Position numbers and translations under genes: made by a program. From Azolla caroliniana (Eukaryota > Plantae > Polypodiophyta), in the NCBI GenBank assembly GCA_043228905.1, contig JBHGNT010000014.1, positions 13,206,001 to 13,270,000 on the forward strand: a stretch of DNA of 64,000 nt, given 5' to 3'. This document shows positions 1 through 10,226 of the stretch, in pieces; the stretch's first letter is position 1, and every line of letters begins with the position of its first letter. Below the pieces are notes generated by a model that saw nothing but the letters and a program-made list of their open reading frames with translations, did no database searches and was not told the DNA's origin.

Positions 1-467
1 AATACAAGTATCTAAAACATCGTGTGAAAAAGAGGTAAGCATAATCGATGCTTGCATGATCGAGGGAGATAAAGAGTGCGAGGCGGACTTGATTGAGGAG
101 GTCGTCATGAAAGATGACATCGAATTGGAGGTGGCTATGGACGAATCAATGGCGGATGGCCATATGAAGACTTTCCCACCACTAGTTCTAGAGACTTCGG
201 CGGTTGCGTTCGAAAGGCAACGTGAGACCAAAGAGACGGAAGGTGGCGGAGAGAAAACGAAGGCCGAAGCTGATGCATACAATGGAATGATAGCCAAGAA
301 GGTGGATATGCGTGAAACGATGGAGAACAATAATAACGAGGATAATAATGGCGGTTGTGTCTGAGAAGCAACGTGAGACCGGAGAGACAGGAGGTGGCGG
401 CAAGAAAGGTAAAGTCGGAAGCCGGTTTAGATGGAGGATGATCCAAACGGAATTCCGATCCGAAAGA

Positions 468-862
468 AAGCTGACCCGAAAGGGGGTCGACTCGATCAAA
501 ACCGATCGACCAAGTCTAATTCGGCCGAATGCAAATACGGATGGAAGCCGATCTAGTCGAAAGCCGATTGGACGAGACTGATCCGGAAAGAAGCTAATCC
601 GACTTAGTCGGAGGTTGAACCGGTCGAGGCCAGTGAAAACGAGGAAAAGAAAACCAACCGAAACCGAAACCGATAGATCGAAACCAACCCGGAAGGGGGC
701 CAAATCGGTAAAAACCGATCAACCGAGTCCGAATCGGCCAAATATGAATCCGATCGGAAGCCGATCCAACCGAACACCAATCAGACAAGACCGATCCAAA
801 AAGAAGCTAATTCGACTCAACCGGAGGTCGAAGCAATCGAGGCCGGTGAACACGAGGAAGAT
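468..862. repeat. Diverged ~213-bp direct repeat, 2 copies (~468-650 and ~681-862)
   Basis: Co-linear blocks such as AAAACCGATC(G/A)ACC, GGAAGCCGATC, AAAGAAGCTAAT(C/T)CGACT, TCGAGGCC(A/G)GTGAA; probably retroelement internal or 3' region. Confidence 0.7.
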
Positions 863-1349
863 GCCAAACAAGCACACTACCACAAACGACAAGGGCCAAG
901 CGGATTTGAAGGGTATTATTAACGATGAGATCTTAACAAAAATGGTGAGCTCTAACATGAAGATTATCAACTCTAACACGAGAATATATGACAAAGGTGA
1001 ACAAAGTGGGAAGCATGGCACATGCACAAAACAAGGAGGGTTATGCTCAAGAGGATCACAAGGAGCCATGACAACCGGCCATGGCAATGCAAAGAGAGAA
1101 CAAAGAATATGGTGGATTGGATGGCGACAATGGTTCAGGTGGAAAGAGTGGATGTGCTCAAAATGGAGAGACAAAGTCGACATAGCAAGAGAAATGGAGG
1201 GGATTGCGAGTAAAGGAGAAATACAACAGCCGACAACCGGTAACCGGGCGGAGCAACATGAACATTTTAGAAAAGGCATAGAGTCTATCTATAGAAAAAG
1301 CATGGATTGTTAAGACTCTCTCATCACTATATAAGGATGAGGAGCACAA

Positions 1350-2308
1350 TGTAATATGTGTGTGAAATATTTGGGAAATTGGATATATTTCCTAAAACAC
1401 AAATTAATAAAATATATTCGTGGGATTCACGAAGTTTTATATAATCTACTCTTCCAATCTATGCTAAAGTGTTATTAGGATTCTAAATATTAATAAATCT
1501 AATTATATATACTTGTGGGATTAACAAGTTCTTTTATCTTTTTCTTATAATCTATTCATAACTAGACTCGTCTCAAATTCTTCCACCTCCTAGTCCTAAA
1601 CCCTACTAGCTCCCACTCGACTCACGCAAAGATCTTGCGTCGAAAGGCACGACAATAGAGAAAAGTAAAAAGAGAAAAAGCTGATCACCCAAAAACTCTT
1701 CTATTTGTCACCCAAATATCATGTTTAACTATAGGTTAGAAAGCTTGTAAAGAGAGTTATTAGTAACTTTTTAAATCTCTAAATTTGGAGCTCGGATGAA
1801 GGAGATATGACGATTAGAAGGTCGTTGTGTCTTAACTAAAAATAGTCCGAGCTAAAAAGCTTCTAAAAATAGCGTGAACGAAGAAGAAGAGGAAGATTAT
1901 AAAAGAAGAAGTAATATCTTTAAAGAAAGAGGGGGAGAGGAGGACAAGTCTGGGTAGAGGAAAATAGAGTCTTAGAAGTGGAAGAGGGAGGCGTAGTCGA
2001 AGGAAAAAACGATTAAGGAAGAATAGTGAAAGACATTTGGGTGTTTAGGTGATTGGAAGTCAAGAAGTTGTTTGGTTTTTAGTTGAATTTGGAGTTTATC
2101 CCCTTCGTATGGTTTGGATAGTTGAATATTATAATATTCTTATCTCTTTCTCATCTTCTCTATCTTTTGTCTTAATTTCTTGAGTCTTCCTCTCTAATTC
2201 ATAGTTCCCTTGGTCGTTATATTCTATTTGAATTCATAGATTTCTCTAATCGGCCTGGTCAAGCTCTCATATTCTGTATGACTATCATTTGTCTCAAACA
2301 CGCTATTA
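1350..2308 (+). mobile_element. Putative LTR of an old Gypsy-like host element
   Basis: Starts TGTAATA after the purine tract AAGGATGAGGAG, ends near TATTA and is followed by PBS-like TGGCACTCCAGG; no partner LTR in the window. Confidence 0.35.
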
Positions 2309-2607
2309 TTTTGGCACTCCAGGTGTCAGGAATAGTACTAAGCAGAGATGGAATTAGTACTAAAGAAGAGCAGTACTATTAGTACTAAGAGGACGAGACT
2401 ACGTAAGACTCCCGAGAGAGAGAGAGAGAGAAGCGAAAAGAGAGATAGCGAGGATGAGAGAGAGAGAGATGATGATGATAACAACCAATATATTATGTGA
2501 AGGATAAGTACAAAATGGCTAAGAGGCTTAAGACTGGCGTTGAACCAATTTGGTTCAAAACAATGAATGCCTTGTGCCTCCTTTTATAGTGTTTTTAGGA
2601 ATAATCC

Positions 2608-2627
2608 TGAAGCTTCTAGAATGTTCC
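2608..2627. promoter_or_regulatory. Heat-shock element in LTR
   Basis: tGAAgcTTCtaGAAtgTTCc = four alternating nGAAn units about 20 bp upstream of the minus-strand TATAAAAG (2581-2588). Confidence 0.8.
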
Positions 2628-2695
2628 AGAGAGATCTGGAATATACATCAATTTTCTATGATAAAACATAAATGAAAATAATATCCTACAAATTA

Positions 2696-2766
2696 CAATT
2701 CATAGTCTAATGGTAAGAGCTCGACCCATGTAGCATAAGTTCATGGGTTCGAGTGTTGCCATATCA
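2696..2766 (+). other. tRNA-like Pol III A/B-box module in LTR (antisense to the element)
   Basis: A-box TAGTCTAATGG 2703-2713, B-box GGTTCGAGT 2746-2754; cloverleaf degenerate. Confidence 0.6.
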
Positions 2767-2782
2767 TGACACTATCTCCCCC

Positions 2783-5700
2783 TTAAAGACGACGAGTGGA
2801 ATGAGTCGGCGCTAATTGCGGGTTGGGTTTGTCCGGATACTTTTGCTGGAAATAAGCAAGAAGATCCTGTGCATTGGCAACATGCTCGACGGGTTCCCAA
2901 GTACGTTCACTCGGACTATAACCAAGCCAATCAACCAAGTAATAAAGTTTGTTGCGAACAAGTTTGGAATCGAGGATGGCAGCAACTTCATACTCCGGGC
3001 CGGCGTCGAACTCCAGTGGGGGCGGCGGTGGTGTCACACGATCAGGAATGGTGTTTGCTTTATAAGGTTCAAGAAGAGAACAATGGAAAACCGGATGTAT
3101 TTGAAGTTGCGAAGGGAGATCAAGGCGGAATGTTACATCATTAATCTTACCCGTAATACGGAAGGGACCGAGTCGTCGATAATCCAACTTGTCGCATGGT
3201 CGAGTAGTCTTGATGTGACGACGTAAGAGCCATACTCGATCTCCGATGGCAAAAGAGGAGGGAATCCGATGACGATCCGCATAAGTATTTTGTGTGTGTT
3301 GAGCATGACGAAGGGTAGCCTCTTCAAATGATCCTCGGCACGAGGGTTGGTAGGTAGCTCCGGGGTGTCGATCATCGACCAGCGAGGATGGAAACCGGTA
3401 TAAGCGAAAAATGGGGAGACTCGAGTCGAGGAGTGAATAGCATTATTATACGCAAACTCCGAAAAGTGGAGAATCTCGGCCCAATCGTCCTGTTGATAAC
3501 TCAGGAAACACCGGAGATATTGCTCCAGCGTTTGGTTTGTTCGTTCCGCCTGCCCGTCGGTCTGAGGATGGTAGCTGGAGGAGAGGTTGCAGGAGACCTT
3601 GAGCATCTTGAAGAGATGTTGCCAAAATTTGGAGACAAATTGCGGTCCTCGGTCACTGATAATACTGTCTGGGAGGCCATGATGCCGAAATACCTCATGC
3701 ATATAACAAGAGCGGCGGTTTCCTCGCTATTGATGGCTTTAGTACACGGCACAAAATGTGCCATCTTCGTATATCGATCGACGACGGTTAGGATAGCATC
3801 GAACCCCTTCGAAACTGGCAGATCTGTGATAAAATCAAGACAAATAGACTGCCATGGCTTACTTGGAATTGGTAAGGCTTCCAATAAGCCATATGGATGG
3901 TGTCGTGGCATCTTTGCTCGGCAGCAAGCATCATAGGTCCGAACGTAGTCGTTGACAAAACGGCGCATGTGGGGCCACCAAAAAGATCGGTGCACTAGCT
4001 CCAACGTCTTAGTACTACCGAAATGTCCCGCCGTATGAGTGTTGTGACAATACTGGACGATTTGAAGGCGACAGGAGCAATAGGGGAGATATACGCACTT
4101 TTTAAAGAATAACAAACCATCATGATATTCGAATTGTCGGTAGTCAATAACTGGTTGTTGAGATCGAGAACAGGATGCCCGAGAAGTATCAATGTGCGCC
4201 AGGATGTCTTGAGCAAAACTATCCGTGTTCAAGGTTGCACGTATGTCATCGGTAATCCGTGAATCCATTGGGGTGTGAAAAATCCGCGTCGTGTGCAATC
4301 GTGTTGGTCCCAAGATTACTTGCTTTTGATTATCAAATGTTGCGTCACCAGGACGAGGTGCAATATATGAACGCCGTGATAGTGCATCTACCTTTTCCTT
4401 GCTGCTTCCCGGGTCGATATGTGATTTTGAAGTCGAAACGCATGAGGAATTGTGCCCACCGAGCTTGCCGTCGATTTAGTATGCCACCGTTCTAAAAATA
4501 AGCAAGATTTTTATGATCGCTAAAGACAAAGACCTGATGTGGAGAGCCCTCTAAGAAATGCCGCCATTGTACAAATGAATCCACGATGGCTAATAACTCA
4601 TTGTCATGTATTTCGTAGTTGATTTCTGCGACATCGAATTTGCGTGAATGGAAAGCCACCGGATGCAACTCTTCTTTATCTCCTTGTTGAGAAAGGATGC
4701 TACCGAGGGCAAAATCTGATGCGTCGGCCTCCATGATGAATGGTTTGCTTGTATCCACATGAGCTAGAATCGGTGATGATGTAAAGGCTTTCTTAAGATG
4801 CCGAAAAGCCATATCTGCTTCTATGGACCAAAGAAATGCTTGGCCCTTCTTCGTAAGTTGTGTGAGAGGTAAAATAATCTTCGAGTAATCCTGTATAAGA
4901 GGATGTGCATACCTATTCCGGATGGTGACTTTATTCAATCCACGGTTATCAACGACAAGACGAAGTGAGCCATCTTTCTTCTTGACAAAGAAGATGGGTG
5001 CACCGGCCGGAGATTTCGAATGACGGATGAACCCGCTTGCCAAGTTCTCCTCTATGTAGGCTTGAAGGACTTCTAACTCGGTGGGTGACAAGTTGTAAAT
5101 TGGTCCCCATGGTGGCTCGGTTCCTGGTTGTAAATCGATGGGACAGTCATAGGGACGGTGATGAGGAAGGGTACCGGCTTTTACCTTGTCAAATACATCA
5201 GCATAAGGATGATATTTTGCCGGAAGTTGTACTGAGGAGTCCTTCTTAATAGTGCTAGAAGGATGTACTGATATTGCAAATAGGAACATTGCCTCCTTGG
5301 GTCCTTCTTCGCGTAGTTGATGGAGTGAAATGGTCGAAACTCGGTGAGTTGATTCTTGGGGTGGTCGATATCGGACTTCTCTTGTTCTCCAATCTATGGC
5401 TGGATTATGAAATTCAAACCAAGGTAATCCTAGGACAATGGGATGCTCTAGACTACTAATTATATTAAATGATATTACACACACAAAACTACCTAGGACA
5501 ACTTGAATGGGTTCTGATTCTTCTACAATATTCCTGGAAGCAATGGGACGACGATCAATGACTACTACAGATGCGGGACAAGGAAGTTTTCTTAAGGATA
5601 TCTGAGAAGCTTGGGCAAAATTTCGATCCATGAAACAGGAATTAGCTCCGGAATCTAAAAGTGCTAGGATGGGTACTAGGGTAGTACTTTTAGTACTAAC

Positions 5701-5817
5701 AATGACTTGGGCTAGGAACACATTGCTAACTTGCTTGGAAGGAATGGAACCACTAATGGGCTGTACAGATCTAGGGCTGCTGTCCAACCAAACGGCTCCT
5801 ATTTTGGCTGGACTCAA
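2783..5817 (-). pseudogene. Disrupted pol of element 1 (protease, truncated RT, RNase H, integrase, chromodomain)
   Basis: LLDSGAN protease; [12 protein letters not shown] RNase H; GHFG..KT and CDxC-like zinc motif; SDRGPQF and QTDGQAER integrase; YEVAAILD...YLVDWLGY...TWEP chromodomain; RT YxDD missing; stop at 4492 and frameshifts. Confidence 0.92.
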
Positions 5818-5980
5818 TCGTTTAACTCTTCATCTAATTTACTAAGGATTTCAAATTTATTTGAGATACTTGGGCTATTAGTACTGTGAATGCTATCAAA
5901 CACTCTATTAGTACTATTAATACTATCAGACACTCCTAAGGGAAGAATTGACTCGGGTTTAGTACAGGCTACAATTTGAT

Positions 5981-6975
5981 TTACCTATCTTCTTGGCCTA
6001 TGGGGACAATTGATTGCGATATGCCCTGGTCCACCACAATAAAGACATAATCGATTTGCACGTCGTTGTTGCTTTTCTTCTTCCAATAACGGGCCACATC
6101 GACGCATGGTATCGATCTCCATCGGTGTCGAAGTATTTGCATGAGGTATGTCTCATGCAAACGGTTTAGCCGCGACTGCGGCGTAAGTGGGCTCCGGCCT
6201 AGCGTGTGGTATCTGTAATTGACGTTCCGAACGCCGTTCAAAAAGGCGGTTGTCACATCGGACTGCTTGACTAATTGTCTTCGTAAGAGATTTTGGTTCT
6301 TTGGGGAAGGTTAGAAGTAGATCTTTGACACCATTTCGTAGGCCATAGCGAAACTGCTCCATTAGTGCTTGATCATCCCAGGGTATGTCAGAAGCGAGTA
6401 GCTGGAAATCTGCCGCGTAGGCAGAGGCTGGACGATCGCCTTGACGCAATCGCCGGATCTTGTTGATCGCCGTCCTAATGTTGTCGGTGTCTCCAAAGCA
6501 GGCTTTGAACTCACTTATAAAATCTTCAAAGTTATTAAACAAGGGCGATTGTTTTTCTAGAAGCGGAGCAAACCATGCTAAGGCTGAGCCGCTAAGCAAC
6601 GTGCCTATTAAGCCGACTCGGGATGCATCAGTGGGGTATTGGGAAGGATGCATTTGGAGGACTAATTGTACCTGATTAAGGAATCCCCTGAATTGCGATC
6701 GCGTTCCATCAAATTTCACAGGAAGTCCAATCTTCGGCTCTTTATGAAATCCTTGGGGACTTGATCCTTGTTGTTGCAATGCCGCTTCGAGTTGTTGCAC
6801 CCCTAACGCTAACTCCCCATGCTGTTGTTGCGTTTGTTCCTTTTCTACTAAGAGCGATTTGTTGCAGATTCCCTATCAGCTGTTGGTTTTCTTGTTCCAA
6901 GGCAACAAATTTTTCTTTTAAGCATTGTAGCTCGGAGAAAACGGATTGATATTCTTGGGCACTAACAATAGCCAT
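5981..6975 (-). pseudogene. gag of element 1 (frameshifted)
   Basis: PVKFDGTRSQFRGFL...LLSGSALAWF capsid motif; CLYCGGPGHIAINC zinc knuckle around 6010-6050. Confidence 0.85.
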
Positions 6976-7000
6976 AGTATAGGGAAAAGGGTAGGAGGAA

Positions 7001-7012
7001 AAATTGGTTCAA
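7001..7012 (-). other. Self-priming type primer-binding site of element 1
   Basis: TTGAACCAATTT 2 nt downstream of the 5' LTR; no TGG tRNA-type start; complementary to LTR 7247-7236. Confidence 0.8.
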
Positions 7013-7014
7013 AC

Positions 7015-7462
7015 TGTCAGGAATAGTACTAAGCAGAGATGGAATTAGTACTAAAGAAGACCAGTACTATTAGTACTAAGAGGACGGGACTACGTAAGAC
7101 TCCCGAGAGAGAGAGAGAGAGAGAGAAGCGAAAAGAGAGATAGCGAGGATGAGAGAGAGAGAGAGAGATGATGATAACAACCAATATATTATGTGAAGGA
7201 TAAGTACAAAATGGCTAAGAGGCTTAAGACTGGCGTTGAACCAATTTGGTTCAAAACAATGCCTTGTGCCTCCTTTTATATTGTTTTTAGGAATAATCCT
7301 GAAGCTTCTAGAATGTTCCAGAGAGATCTGGAATATACATCAATTTTCTATGATAAAGCATAAATGAAAATAATATCCTACAAATTACAATTCATAGTCA
7401 ATGGTAAGAGCTCGACCCATGTAGCATAAGGTCATGGGTTCGAGTCTTGCCATATCATGACA
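7015..7462 (-). repeat. 5' LTR of element 1 (HSE 7300-7319, TATA 7273-7280, A/B-box module ~7388-7457)
   Basis: Direct repeat of 2324-2771. Confidence 0.95.
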
Positions 7463-7589
7463 CTAGGGAGGGCGAATCCTTTCTATATAGGAGGGAGGTC
7501 CTATTCTTTCTTGGTGTTAGTGTATTACATTAACTAAGCAATGTAGTTCGCGTTTTCGGGTGAAAGAACACAAGATGCTGGTGCGTTTT

Positions 7590-8383
7590 TTGCATCCTTT
7601 GAGCATCATGCCATCTCTATTAGACGTGTCACTGACCATGAGATGTTGCCGTTGTTGGTAGCTATATTCTATGGTCGAGCTCGAGATTGGTATGAGTCTC
7701 TTCCACCAAACGAACAAGGAGAATATCAATTCTTAGTACACCAGTTTCGTTCCAGATACATTCCATGATGAAGTGCAACGGAAGTAAGGGAGGAGCTTTT
7801 TTGACTAGATATGGAATCATCTTTTGGTTTTATACAGTATGAAAGAAATTTCAAGGATTTGTGGACGATGTGGATTCGTCTTCATGGTGGCATTGAAGAC
7901 GATTGGTTTAAGATGGAACGATTCAAGATGGGGCTGGACATGCATTTTCGTTTGGAGGCAAGCTTGAAGGATCCAACAACTTTTCAAGCACTTCTCCAAG
8001 TTTGTCAAGGTAATGATCGACAAGTGAAGATGATGAGTTCCATGGGGTTTCCCCAAATGACGACTTTGGATGCAAATTTAATGCCTCGCACCAATCTTCA
8101 ATCCTCATCTTCAATTGTGCACGGTGGACAAGTGTTTCCAAATGTGTATACTACCACAACAATAAATCCAACAAATATATCTCAAGAAGTGGAGCAAGTA
8201 AAGAGTGAACAAGGTACAATGGCCTTGGTGAATCAATGCTTTGATGAAATGATGGCCCATTTGCGACAATCCCAAGAAATTCACAACTCTATTCCCGAGG
8301 GTGGTGGCTCTAGAGGGCATCAAGGAGTAATTAGTTATTGTTGTCAAGAGGAGGGACACATCTCAACAAGATGTCCTCATTGA
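7590..8383 (+). pseudogene. Degenerate gag of the old host retroelement
   Basis: FYGRARDWYESLP gag-like motif upstream in frame, with stops; C-terminal YCCQEEGHISTRC zinc-knuckle remnant. Confidence 0.65.
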
Positions 8384-8460
8384 CCAGAAAGAAGTATGGG
8401 AAGAGGCATGTATCAAGTGAAAAGGAATGGGCAACAACCTATCAACAATGGAGTCGAAGC

Positions 8461-8564
8461 TGTCATGAACAGTACTGAGACAGAGAAGGAGTTAGTACTA
8501 AACGAAGGATTAGTACTATGAGAGGTGTGGAACTTCTTCGAGAGAAGGAAAAAGTGAGCGAGAC

Positions 8565-8603
<39 letters not shown>

Positions 8604-8898
8604 TGATAAGAAAGATATTTATTATATGAAGAGAATATACAACGGTGGCTAAAAGGCTTAAGACTGGCGTTGAACCAATTTGGTTCAACATAATGCCTAG
8701 TGCCCTCTTTTATAGTGTTTTCAGGAGTAATCCTGAAGCTTCTAGAATGTTCCAGAGAAATCTGGAATATACACTAATTTCCTATAATAAAATGTAAATG
8801 AAAATAATATCCTACGTATTACAATAGATGGTCTAATGGTCAAGAGCTCGACCCATATAACCTAAGGTCATGGGTTCGAGTCTTGCCATATCATGACA
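8461..8898 (-). repeat. 3' LTR of element 2 (HSE 8734-8753; A-box 8829-8839; B-box 8873-8883)
   Basis: Homologous to the element 1 LTRs, with U5 side diverged and U3 side conserved; 8-bp terminal inverted repeats. Confidence 0.9.
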
Positions 8899-9573
8899 CT
8901 ATCCCCCCTTTAAAACGACGAGTGTCACGAGTCGTCTTGGATTGAGGACCCGGTTTGTGTGGATATTGACGATGGAAGTCTTCAAGAAGAGCACGAGCAT
9001 TGGTTACATTCTCGATCGGTTCCCAAGTACGTTCGCTGGGACTATAGCCTAGCCAATCGACTAGATAGTAGAGCTTGTTGCGAACAATCTTGGAATCAAG
9101 AATGGCGGCAACCTCGTACTCCGGCCCATCTTCAAGCTCGATCGGGGGTGGAGGTTGGATAAGACGTTCTGGGATGGTGCTCTCGTGGTAGGGTTCGAAG
9201 AGAGAACTATGAAACACCGGATGTATCCGAAGTTGAGGAGGTAGATCGAGACGAAAAGCAACATCATTAATCTTTCCAATAATACGAAAAGGACCTAATC
9301 GTCGATAATCCAACTTCTCACATGGGCGAGTAGTCTTGATGTGTCGTCGTAGCAACCACACCCGATCTCCAATATTAAAACTAGATGGAAGTCGATGACG
9401 ATCCGCGTAGACCTTGTGTGTTTGTTGAGCTTGCTGGAGATGAGTAGATAAATCCGCTTGTATCTTGCGTAACCGCTCCAAACGATCCTCCGCGCACGGA
9501 TTTGTGGACACCTCTGGGGTTTCAAGTACACTCCACCGGGGGTGACATCCCGTATAAGCATAAAATGGCGTAA
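8891..9573 (-). pseudogene. pol C-terminus of element 2 (integrase C-term, GPF motif, chromodomain)
   Basis: KLDYRRLGPF, IHPVFHSS, EYEVAAILDSK...YLVDWLGY...TWEP. Confidence 0.9.
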
Positions 9574-9578
9574 CTTTA

Positions 9579-10196
9579 TGTTGGGATTATGGTCCCTTTC
9601 GGATGGGATGGTCGGATGTCCGAAGGTGAATGCCGACAAGCCCGGTTTCGGTTTCGGAACCGGATGATGAAGACCCCGGTTTCGGTACCGGATGACGAAT
9701 GTACCCGGAGAGAGATCCGGATGCGGGGACATATCTGCGAATATGTTTGCCAAGGGCCCTTGAGGCTATAGTTGTAAATAGCCCTAAAAGTCATATGTGT
9801 ATAAATATGACTTAGGGCAAACAGTTTTGTCGTTGCTATTCATTTTTCTGTTTTTCCACTCTAGAGGAGTGAAGAGAGAGAGCAGCCGTGAGAGAGAGAT
9901 AGATCGCGCGAGAGAGAGAGAGGAAGAGGTCGACGCCTCTGTGTATTTCCACCGCCTGTGGCGAGGACAACGAGCTCAAGGTCGTCGCCTTGCAGCTCGC
10001 CATTGTATACTTCTCTTTGTATAGTGTTGGTTTGGAGTCTTGTACTCCCGTGGTTTTTCCCATCTAGGGTTTTCCACGTTAATCCTTGTGTTCGCGTTTT
10101 GTTTCTCCGTTTGGTTCCTATTTTCTGCTGCATTGATCCGCGATTACTCGGTTGTGGCCGAGTGGAGAAGGTGAATCGAAGTGTCGATTCTCCACA
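9579..10196 (+). repeat. Copia 5' LTR
   Basis: Direct repeat of 14311-14928; TATAAAT near 9799. Confidence 0.97.
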
Positions 10197-10226
10197 AACT
10201 GGTATCAGAGCGAACTGCTGCAGAAA

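Larger units (their letters stand above)
2324..2771 (-). repeat. 3' LTR of element 1
   Basis: Near-identical to 7015-7462 (about 6 substitutions plus small indels by eye); adjacent PPT AAGGGGGAGATAG on minus strand. Confidence 0.95.
2324..7462 (-). mobile_element. Ty3/Gypsy chromovirus (Tcn1-like) element 1; both LTRs present, defective
   Basis: LTRs 2324-2771 and 7015-7462 (TGTCA...TGACA); TSD CCAGG/CTAGG (1 mismatch); PPT 2772-2785; gag-PR-RT-RH-INT-chromodomain order with frameshifts and stops. Confidence 0.95.

Noticed and set aside
56-1313. ORFs 56-364, 312-581 and 615-1313 as host genes
   Set aside because: No recognisable domain, built on diverged repeats, broken frames; likely retroelement-internal sequence
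2696-2766. Functional tRNA gene in the LTR
   Set aside because: Acceptor and anticodon stems do not pair; only the A/B boxes are retained, so it is reported as tRNA-like
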